Below are positions 8,625 to 15,983 of a DNA stretch of 38,140 bases, piece by piece. A model generated the notes under the pieces. The model saw nothing but the letters and a program-made list of their open reading frames with translations. It did not search any database and was not told where the DNA came from. Origin of the DNA: Acetobacteraceae bacterium (GTDB lineage: Bacteria > Pseudomonadota > Alphaproteobacteria > Acetobacterales > Acetobacteraceae); assembly GCA_035701785.1 (NCBI GenBank), contig DASSRN010000602.1, forward strand, positions 1-38,140. Reading direction: 5' to 3'. The position numbers were made by a program, and so were the translations under genes. Every line of letters starts with the position of its first letter. The first letter of the stretch is position 1.

Positions 8625-8820
8625 GCGTGGCTCTGTGGCATGGCGCGGAGAGTCGGGGCAATCGCTGCGAACGGTCATAAACCGTACGATGGAACTACAC
8701 GTAATGCGTGTCCTGCGCCCGTAGTGTGGTTGTATGCCAAGGCGGCGCAACTTGGTTCGGAATGGAAGATTCAGTGCTTTGGTGTGGTTTTCATAGTATG
8801 ATGCTGTCGCGCGGGTTCGC

Positions 8821-9000
8821 ATAGCTAGTTAAGACAAATACAAAATGTAGCTGTGCTGATAAATAATTTACAATCTGAGATTGAGATGCAAGTAATCGCA
8901 TCCCAGAATACAAGGGAAGGGGTGATCATTTCTTATTTTTTCTAATTTAGATTGTCTTTGACTTGTTTACATTTGTTGCTTCCTTTGGTAGAAACAGGTC
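8821..9000. other. AT-rich island (33% G+C) in a genome of roughly 67% G+C; probable regulatory or foreign DNA
   Basis: Hand count gives 60 G+C in 180 nt across 8821..9000, against 41/60 in flanking line 8521..8580. No ORF there has a credible RBS. Confidence 0.85.
8966..8994 (+). promoter_or_regulatory. Candidate sigma70-type promoter for the small ORF (TTTACA, 17-nt spacer, TAGAAA)
   Basis: TTTACA at 8966..8971, a 17-nt spacer, then TAGAAA at 8989..8994. This would give a leader of about 27 nt before ATG 9029. Pattern match only. Confidence 0.25.
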
Positions 9001-9028
9001 CAGGCAATCAAGCCATGGAGATTAAACC

Positions 9029-9202
9029 ATGACCGAGACACAAAAGATCACCCAGACCGGTACCCAGACCGTTTCTGCGGACGCAACATCCCCTGTCGCT
9101 CGGGCGGGCGCAAATTCTGACAAGCGCATCTCGATTACTGCTCCGGACAGTGTTAAGGACGCAGGAAGGGTGCATATCGGTGCCGGCATGATGCGTTTCT
9201 AA
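9029..9202 (+). CDS. Unlisted 57-codon ORF encoding a small hydrophilic protein or peptide of unknown family
   Basis: GGAG at 9017..9020 lies 8 nt before ATG 9029..9031, and TAA is at 9200..9202. Hand translation: MTETQKITQTGTQTVSADATSPVARAGANSDKRISITAPDSVKDAGRVHIGAGMMRF. It falls below the 60-aa cutoff of the track. Third-position G+C is about 59% by my count, lower than the neighbours. The next gene starts 65 nt downstream. Confidence 0.5.
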   Translation: MTETQKITQTGTQTVSADATSPVARAGANSDKRISITAPDSVKDAGRVHIGAGMMRF

Positions 9203-9267
9203 AACAAAAAAGCCAGCCCTTTGCGCCGACCGTGCGGCACGCCGTGCAGGCTGCTGGTGGAGAGCGC

Positions 9268-10059
9268 ATGAGCCAGGTGCCGGTTGTCGAGTTCTTCCGC
9301 CTGATCCCCGAGGCGAGGTCGCCGAAGCGAGCAGAGCGTTCAGCCGCTGGGTATCTGCCCAGCCGAGCGATGCGCTACTGCGATGCTGTGACCTCCGCCA
9401 CGGGGTTCGGCTACTGGATTTTCCCGCCGATCGACGTGCGCCTGCTTTGGGATGGCGAGCAGATCGCTTGGTCCTATGGCGACGACGAACGCTGGCTGCC
9501 CTTGTCAGGTACCCCGAGCGGCGCGGTCCAGTTTCCCGGGTTTGCTGCAGCATTCGACTCGATGGTTCCGGACGTTCTTCGCGGCTACTCCCCGCCGTTC
9601 CTCACCGCTCTGCCAGAGTTAGGTGCGATCCAGATCTGGACGGGTCTGCTGGCCAGGACCCGCCCCGGGTGGAGCCTCTCAGTGCGTCCGCCCGTCAACC
9701 TGCCCGGGATCCCCGGGCTCGCGGGATGGGAAGGCATCGTCGAGACGGACATCTGGTTCGGGCCACTTTTTTCGAATTTCCGCATTACCCGTACAGATAC
9801 ACCGGTGCACATACGGGCATACGCGCCTTTTCTGCAAGTCCAGCCGATTCCACAGCTCGCATATCGCGACGAGACGCTGGCCTCGTTCGTCTGTCGGGAT
9901 CCGTCGGAACTAGGCGCCGAGGACTGGGATCGCCTGGGAGAAGTGCTGCTGCCGCACCCCGACCACAGCGTCCGGCAGGGTGCCTATGCGGTGACTGTAC
10001 GCAAACGGCGTTTGTGTCCAATCGACCACACTACCCTGCTGGCCGATCCTAAGACCTAA
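9268..10059 (+). CDS. DUF6065-like protein of unknown function
   Basis: ATG 9268 is preceded by GGTGGAGAG. The segments AMRYCDAVTSATGFGYWIFPPIDVRLLWDG and GWEGIVETDIWFGPLFSNFRITRT resemble, from memory, the conserved F/YRC-P...GW...P...W-G and G-IETDW..Y.F..N blocks of DUF6065 proteins. No catalytic motif recognised. Confidence 0.65.
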   Translation: MSQVPVVEFFRLIPEARSPKRAERSAAGYLPSRAMRYCDAVTSATGFGYWIFPPIDVRLLWDGEQIAWSYGDDERWLPLSGTPSGAVQFPGFAAAFDSMVPDVLRGYSPPFLTALPELGAIQIWTGLLARTRPGWSLSVRPPVNLPGIPGLAGWEGIVETDIWFGPLFSNFRITRTDTPVHIRAYAPFLQVQPIPQLAYRDETLASFVCRDPSELGAEDWDRLGEVLLPHPDHSVRQGAYAVTVRKRRLCPIDHTTLLADPKT

Positions 10060-11354
10060 CGCGGAACCCCGGCGCGCCGCAGACCCTCAGTGTAGAACGC
10101 CCTGTCTTCCGGCCGCAGCGGTGGTCGGGCGACTATCCGGTCGATGGTCACGTCAGGGTCGATTGCGCGGAGCATCGACAGGCACTCTCGGGCCTCCTCA
10201 TGGCGCGACATATGACCCAGGATCGCGAGGCGCACGTTCAGCGCCGAAGCGTGGTTGGTATTCCGTTCCAGCACCAACTCGGCAAGCATGTCTGCCTCCT
10301 CAAGGTGATGGCTGAAGAAGTGTGCGGTCATCAGCGCGTGCTCGACGAAGAACAGGTGCGGATCTCGCGGCGACAGAGCCATGGACATCGTAGCATGGCT
10401 GATCGCCGCAGCATGTTCGCCGTTGTAGATCCTGGACCAGGCGCTCACCGTCCAGGCTACCGGCAGGTTGGGGTTCAACTCGATCGCACGCGCGTGCAGC
10501 AGTAGCGCGCTGCGCACGTCATGCATCAGATAGCCCTTCACATGGCCGGCGATGGCGAGCGCGCGTGCATCCAGCGGGTCTAGCTGCACCGCCTTCTCGG
10601 CCGAAGAGCCGGCGAGCCTGATGACCTCGCGGGGATCATCGGCCCAGCCCAGGCCGACCGCCATGATACTCCAGTAGGCCATCCATGCCTGCGCTGCGCC
10701 ATACTCGGGATCAAGCCTGATCGCCCGCGCCAGCAGGTCATGCGCCTGCACGAACATTGATCGATCCAGCCGGAAAATTCCCTGGATCGCAGTGAGTACG
10801 GAATGGTGCGCCTCGGCGACATCGGTCCGCATAGGCGGCTCGAAGGCCGAACTGCGGTGGAACAGTTCGGGATCGACCTGCGCTACGGTTTCCGATGCGA
10901 TCCGGTGCTGCAGCGAGAACAGGTCGTTCAGATGACCCTCGAAGCGGCCGGTCCAGATCACCTCGAAATCCAGCACCACATCGAGCAGGGTTACGTTGAC
11001 ATGCACCTCCTCATCCAGGACCTGAATGGTGCCGTCGATGACATAGTCGAGCTGGTAGGTGCGGCATCGGCTGAGCGCGTCGGGCGCCGGGCCCGTCCCA
11101 TCCCAGAACGTGGCCGTCGCCATCAGTCGCGGCGTGCGGAAGCGGGACAGCGCGGCCGAGACCTCCTCGGCCATGCCGAGAGCGATGCCGTGACCGATCG
11201 GCGTCCCGACGCTGCGGAACGGCAGAACCGCCATCCGCCAGCCGAGTTGATGATCGGAAATCCAGGCCCTCAGATCCGTGCTCTGCATGCTACGGCAGAC
11301 GGCCAACCATATCGTCACGGCGAGGCTTACCTGTAGATTTAACGATCGCCTCAC
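10056..11354 (-). CDS. TolB-N-like / TPR repeat protein with no recognisable output domain (start uncertain: GTG 11354 or ATG 11288)
   Basis: The N-terminal block RMAVLPFRSVGTPIGHGIALGMAEEVSAALSRF matches modules found next to TPRs in CadC-like regulators and some rhizobial cyclases. TPR-like helices follow (AIRLDPEYGAAQAW, AVQLDPLDARA, AIELNPNLPVAW, LRAIDPD). A hydrophobic N-terminal segment VSLAVTIWLAVC is present if the GTG start is used. Confidence 0.8.
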   Translation of the reverse strand: MRRSLNLQVSLAVTIWLAVCRSMQSTDLRAWISDHQLGWRMAVLPFRSVGTPIGHGIALGMAEEVSAALSRFRTPRLMATATFWDGTGPAPDALSRCRTYQLDYVIDGTIQVLDEEVHVNVTLLDVVLDFEVIWTGRFEGHLNDLFSLQHRIASETVAQVDPELFHRSSAFEPPMRTDVAEAHHSVLTAIQGIFRLDRSMFVQAHDLLARAIRLDPEYGAAQAWMAYWSIMAVGLGWADDPREVIRLAGSSAEKAVQLDPLDARALAIAGHVKGYLMHDVRSALLLHARAIELNPNLPVAWTVSAWSRIYNGEHAAAISHATMSMALSPRDPHLFFVEHALMTAHFFSHHLEEADMLAELVLERNTNHASALNVRLAILGHMSRHEEARECLSMLRAIDPDVTIDRIVARPPLRPEDRAFYTEGLRRAGVPR

Positions 11355-11517
11355 GCGCCATTATGCTGCCTCATGCGACATTATACCCTAGCAACGTGCA
11401 CGCGGTGCCACGCAACCATATCTACCATGCCGCGTGTCGGCCGCAAAAGAGTCGGGCGACGGCCCAACGGAACGGGCCATTGCTGAAACGAGCGGGGCCT
11501 GAGGTGAAGTCGCTGGA

Positions 11518-12702
11518 ATGCCTTTCCTGATCGCACCGCAGTCCCTGGCATTCACCGTCCTGCTGGGCGTGCTCGCCGCATTGCCCGCCGTCTCCATCGA
11601 CATCACCACGCCCGCGCTGCCGCTGCTGCCGCAGGCACTCGGCACATCGAGCGCGGTTGCCAGCCTCACGCTGTCGCTGTTTATGGTCGGCTTCGCGCTG
11701 GGTCAGCTGGTCGGTGGCTACCTGTCAGATCGCGGCGGCCGCAGGCCGGTGCTGCTGATTGGTCTCGCCCTCTATGCCGGCGCAGCGCTTTTCTGCACCA
11801 TCGCCTGGTCCGGTGTAGGGCTGGTCGCATGTCGCCTGGCACAGGGCGTAGGTGCCGGGGCCTGCTCGGTCCTGTCGTTCGCCATGGTCCAGGACCTGTT
11901 CGTCGGTGAGGAGGCACGCACCAAGCGATCCTACGTGACAGTGGTCTTCGGCCTCGTTCCCATGCTCGCCCCGGCCCTGGGCACCCTGATCATCCATCTT
12001 GGCAGCTGGCGGACAATCTATGCCGTTCTCGCCACGGCCGGGGGCTTATTGCTGATGGTGAGCAGCCTTGGGCTGAAGGAGTCCAGGCGAGCAGTCGCGG
12101 ACGGGACAGGTGCGATGAGCAGGCCGCGTGTCTTGCTCCTGGCCCACGACAAGCGCTTCGTAGCGATCGCGGCCGCCAACGCGCTCAGCTACGCCGCGAT
12201 CTTCGCCTATATCGCCGGGTCGTCGTTCGTGATGATCGGCATCATGGGATACTCCGCGGCGACCTTCGCGGCAGTGTTTGCCAGCACTGCTGCCGCCCTG
12301 ACCGCAGGCGCTTGGGTCAACGGCCGGCTCAGCACTGCGGGCATTGAGGCGGCTACCGCCATTGGTCCCGCGCTGACCGTCGCCGTCGCCACGACGCTCG
12401 CCCTCGCTGCCGCAAGCCTGAGCGGGCACACCTCCGGCCTGATCCTGCTGCCTCTGCTGCTGCTGACGATGTTCACCCGCGGCATCATCGCGCCGAACCT
12501 GCAGCATCTTGCGATCGAACGACACGTCGAACAGGCGGGAACGGCATCCGCCGCGGTCGGGGTTTCGCAACTGCTGTCCGGCGCCCTCGCGAGCGCGATC
12601 GTCGGCGTCGCGCTGCCCGCCTACGGCGTAAGTGCTGTTGCGGTTCCGATGGCCATAGTGACGATTGGCGCTCTCGCGCTCTGGTACGGGACCTGCCGTT
12701 GA
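11518..12702 (+). CDS. MFS transporter, Bcr/CflA drug-resistance subfamily
   Basis: About 12 predicted TM segments. The motif GQLVGGYLSDRGGRRPVLLIG is MFS motif A. The N-terminus AVSIDITTPALPLL is typical of Bcr/CflA proteins. Confidence 0.88.
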   Translation: MPFLIAPQSLAFTVLLGVLAALPAVSIDITTPALPLLPQALGTSSAVASLTLSLFMVGFALGQLVGGYLSDRGGRRPVLLIGLALYAGAALFCTIAWSGVGLVACRLAQGVGAGACSVLSFAMVQDLFVGEEARTKRSYVTVVFGLVPMLAPALGTLIIHLGSWRTIYAVLATAGGLLLMVSSLGLKESRRAVADGTGAMSRPRVLLLAHDKRFVAIAAANALSYAAIFAYIAGSSFVMIGIMGYSAATFAAVFASTAAALTAGAWVNGRLSTAGIEAATAIGPALTVAVATTLALAAASLSGHTSGLILLPLLLLTMFTRGIIAPNLQHLAIERHVEQAGTASAAVGVSQLLSGALASAIVGVALPAYGVSAVAVPMAIVTIGALALWYGTCR

Positions 12703-12704
12703 AC

Positions 12705-15014
12705 TCAGTTGCCGTCAGGCGCGGCGAAGGTCTTCGGACGCAGCGTCGCCTGCACCCGATCTCCTGCCATGGCCCTGCCGGAATAGTAGCCCTGGATCAG
12801 CCGGCAACCGAGGTCGCGCAGGATCGCGAGTTCGCGTTCGGTCTCCACGCCTTCCGCGACCACTGTTACGCCAAGCTGCTCACCGAGTGACAGGATCGCC
12901 CGAACGATCGCAATCGTACCATCGTCCTCGCCTAACCCGCGCACGAAGGACTGGTCGATCTTCATGCGCGTGAAGGGAAATCGGCGCAGGTAGCTGAGAC
13001 TTGCGTACGCAGTGCCGAAATCATCCAGTGTGATGCCGATACCCAGCTCACGCAGCCGATGCGTGGTCGCCAGCACAAGGTCTGATTCGTCGAGCAGCAC
13101 GCCCTCGGTCACCTCCAGATCCAGCCGTTCGGCCGGCAGGCCGGTCCGGCGCAGTACCTCGGTGACCTGTTCGGGGAAGTCGGGCTGGCGGAACTGCAGC
13201 GGCGAGCAGTTGACCGAAAGCCATACCGGACGGCCCCAGCCTGCAGCATCCATGCAGGCTGTCTCCAGAGCCCATCGGCCGAGTGGCATGATCTGCCCGC
13301 TCGATTCGGCAACCTGGATGAAGTGTTCCGGTTCGATCCACTCGCGGGTGGGGTGGTTCCACCGCAAGAGGGCCTCAAAGCCCCTTGCCTGCAGCGATGC
13401 GATGTCACAGACCGGCTGGTAGACCAGCGAGAACTGCCTCTGCTGGATTGCCTCCCGCAGGTCCTGCTCCATGAGGAAGCGTTCTTCCTGGCGGACCTGC
13501 ATCGCGGCTTCGAACAGTCGGAACGTGTTACGACCGGCTTCCTTGGCGCGATACAGCGCGATATCGGCGTTGCGCAGCAGCGCATCCGGATCGTCGCCGT
13601 CCTGCGGATAGAAGGCGACTCCCACCGACGTGCCGATGACCGAACGCTGACCCTTCAGCTCGAAGGGCTGGCCGACCGCCGCGATCAGCCGCTGCGCCAA
13701 CGAGATGGCGCCAGCCGGCTGATGGCCGGTCGACTGGATAATGGCGAACTCATCACCCCCCATCCGGGCGACGGTGTCCCCCTCGCGCAGGTTGTCGCGC
13801 AGGCGCTGGGCGACGGCGACCAGCAGGTGGTCGCCGGTCTCATGTCCGTGCGTGTCATTCACCAGCTTGAACCCATCCAGGTCGAGGTAGAGCAGCGCGA
13901 AACCGGTGCTGCCGCTCTGCGCCGCCGCCATCGCCACGCGGAGGCGCTCCTGGAACATGACGCGGTTCGCCAGCTGGGTCAGCGCGTCGTGGTGCGCCAG
14001 GAACCGGATGCGCTCCTCGGTCACCTTGCGGAACAGCGCCGGGCGGATGGTGTCGGCCAGCGAGGCAATGTCAGCGGTAACCGCATCGAGGTCGGACCGC
14101 TCGGTGGTGAAGCCCAGCGAGATCCCGAACCGCTGCTGCTGCACCCAGATCGGCACACAGACCTGAGCCGTAAGGCCGCCGCTGGCGCTGCTTTCGGTTG
14201 TCGGGAATTTGCTTGCCTGGGCCTTGTTGAAGCGCACCGCGCCGGCGGCGGCGGTGCTCAACTGGGTCATCGACGCCAGGAAGCGCGCACCATCGCCGAG
14301 CCGGTCCTCCTCGTCAAAGCGGCTGATCTCGTGCAGCGGATCGTTCGCCTGGATCAGCTGCCAGATCCGCCCGATCGCCGCGCCATGGAAGCGGCAGAGT
14401 TCCTCGAGCAGGTTGGTGAGCGCGCTGGCGCAGGACGCCGCCTCGGATACCAGGCGTAACAGCCGATCAACCCGCAGCGCTCGATCCGCAACGTGCATCA
14501 GGTGGAGATGCCGTTGTTCGCGCCTGCGATCGGCCATGATCATGCTGGCGATGTCACCGAGTGACGCGATCTGCGCCTCGGTCAGTCCGTCGCGCGGTGC
14601 CCGGTCGAGCACTGCGATGAAACCGATGCGCTCGCCGCCAGCCGACAGCAGCTTCAGATGCGCCATAAAGTGCATCCCGGCGAGATCCGGCAGCCTGCAC
14701 TGGGCGGAGAAGCGGGCGTCCTTCGTCAGATCGGGAACTGTGATGAGGCCCGGTTGAGCGTGCAGGATCCTGTCGATTTCCTGGATCGCGGTCGGCCGCT
14801 CCTGCGGCAGGCCGTAGGAAGCGAGGGTCGGGTTGCGGTCACTGCGGCGACCCTGGACCCCGACGATAGCCGCCGAGGTCCCCGCGACGTTGGCCGCCAG
14901 TCGGGCGAAGTGTTCCAGCAACAGGCCACTTCTGGGCGTCACGGCGGTCGCGGTCTCCCTGGCTTTCGCAGCGGCCGGCTTACCAGCGGATGATAGCACC
15001 GCCCGACGCGCCAT
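12705..15014 (-). CDS. GAF-type sensor / GGDEF / EAL protein (c-di-GMP turnover)
   Basis: RMGGDEFAII (GGDEF), FEALLRW (EAL) and DDFGTAYASLSYL motifs, with two N-terminal GAF-like regions. Confidence 0.9.
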   Translation of the reverse strand: MARRAVLSSAGKPAAAKARETATAVTPRSGLLLEHFARLAANVAGTSAAIVGVQGRRSDRNPTLASYGLPQERPTAIQEIDRILHAQPGLITVPDLTKDARFSAQCRLPDLAGMHFMAHLKLLSAGGERIGFIAVLDRAPRDGLTEAQIASLGDIASMIMADRRREQRHLHLMHVADRALRVDRLLRLVSEAASCASALTNLLEELCRFHGAAIGRIWQLIQANDPLHEISRFDEEDRLGDGARFLASMTQLSTAAAGAVRFNKAQASKFPTTESSASGGLTAQVCVPIWVQQQRFGISLGFTTERSDLDAVTADIASLADTIRPALFRKVTEERIRFLAHHDALTQLANRVMFQERLRVAMAAAQSGSTGFALLYLDLDGFKLVNDTHGHETGDHLLVAVAQRLRDNLREGDTVARMGGDEFAIIQSTGHQPAGAISLAQRLIAAVGQPFELKGQRSVIGTSVGVAFYPQDGDDPDALLRNADIALYRAKEAGRNTFRLFEAAMQVRQEERFLMEQDLREAIQQRQFSLVYQPVCDIASLQARGFEALLRWNHPTREWIEPEHFIQVAESSGQIMPLGRWALETACMDAAGWGRPVWLSVNCSPLQFRQPDFPEQVTEVLRRTGLPAERLDLEVTEGVLLDESDLVLATTHRLRELGIGITLDDFGTAYASLSYLRRFPFTRMKIDQSFVRGLGEDDGTIAIVRAILSLGEQLGVTVVAEGVETERELAILRDLGCRLIQGYYSGRAMAGDRVQATLRPKTFAAPDGN

Positions 15015-15107
15015 ACATGGCCGATTGCCCTATCTGGGAAGCTCCTGCCCGATCCGCAATGGCAACAAGTGGTCAACCATCTGCCAGTTGCGCGGTGCGT
15101 CGGTCGT

Positions 15108-15836
15108 TCAGCCGGGCGGTGCTACCGACAGGCGGCCAACCACCTTGTGCTTCTCGATCAGGCCGGCAACCAGGCCCGACGTCTTCGCCCGTTCGACGAA
15201 GTCGCGCAGGAACGCGGCACCCGTCGCGTTGGCGCGTGCCGTGCCGATCGCCTGCTGCACGGCGGTGAACTGTCCGTCGAGGATGCGTGCACCGGGCATT
15301 TTTTGGATGTCACCCAGCAGTCCGGGGCGAAGTCCGGCCAGCGCGTCCAGCTTGTCGCGCATGAATTTTTCAGTGGCGCTGGCCAGGCTGTCCGAGCGCA
15401 CGAGTTCTGCCTGCTTGATGTTGCGTTCCAGCCACAGGTCATAGGCGCTGCGCGCGGTGACCGCGATTTTCACGCCGGGCCGGTCAACCTCCTCGAGCTT
15501 CGTGATCGGCGAGCCGGCCGGTACCAGATACGTCGCCTCGATCTCAACGTAAGCCGGCGTAAAGGCGATCTTCTCCGCCCGTGCCGGTTCTGCGCCGATC
15601 AAACCGATATCCCACGTATCGGTTCCCGCTGCGTCCGCCAGTTCCCCCGGCTTGGGGAACGGCACGTATTTGATCGGCACTCCAAGACGATCCGCGATCG
15701 CCCGCGCCATGTCCGGCGACACACCGTCCGGGTCCCCAGAAGGCGAGCGGCCGGTGACCAGCAGGAAGTTGCTCATGTTGATCGCGGCGCGCAGCACGCC
15801 ATGCGGGGCAAGTTCAGCAACGACGGACTGGGACAT
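15108..15836 (-). CDS. Periplasmic-binding-protein type 2 (family 3 SBP-like) protein with no signal peptide
   Basis: GVLRAAINMSNFLLVTG...IKYVPFPKPGELADAAGTDTWDIGLIGAEPARAEKIAFTPAYVEIEATYLV is a PBP2 fold signature. Start taken as ATG 15834..15836, with ATG 15917 as an alternative. The 527-aa track ORF extension is antisense to the flavoprotein gene and Arg-rich. Confidence 0.72.
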   Translation of the reverse strand: MSQSVVAELAPHGVLRAAINMSNFLLVTGRSPSGDPDGVSPDMARAIADRLGVPIKYVPFPKPGELADAAGTDTWDIGLIGAEPARAEKIAFTPAYVEIEATYLVPAGSPITKLEEVDRPGVKIAVTARSAYDLWLERNIKQAELVRSDSLASATEKFMRDKLDALAGLRPGLLGDIQKMPGARILDGQFTAVQQAIGTARANATGAAFLRDFVERAKTSGLVAGLIEKHKVVGRLSVAPPG

Positions 15837-15983
15837 GCGATGCGATCCGGAAAGGTTGTAGGCGATCAGTGTACCGGTGGCTTTGGACAGGCTGCAAGCG
15901 AGGCCCGACTTTCCCATGCCGAACCGGCAGCCTAGCCTACGGCAACCGCATGGGAGGAAACGTGTGCGAACAAGGCAACGTCG

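Noticed and set aside
8625-8822. Upstream 66 codons of track ORF 7656..8822
   Set aside because: The sequence (MRTRATASYYENHTKALNLPF...) has non-genomic codon usage and runs into the AT-rich island. A twin-arginine signal begins at the internal ATG 8624, which gives a normal-length MltB-like protein.
8825-8945. Two tiny ORFs inside the AT-rich island: 8886..8945 (+, 19 aa, MQVIASQNTREGVIISYFF) and 8825..8929 (-, 34 aa, MITPSLVFWDAITCISISDCKLFISTATFCICLN)
   Set aside because: Neither has a Shine-Dalgarno sequence upstream, and such ORFs arise by chance in AT-rich DNA. The 5-codon ORF at 9015..9032 (MEIKP) merely overlaps the RBS and start of the 57-codon ORF.
11355-11517. Direct CATTAT repeats (CATTATgctgcctcatgcgaCATTATa) in the TPR/MFS divergent region as an operator
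   Set aside because: A 6-bp repeat seen once is within chance expectation, and no palindromic structure or known motif was recognised.
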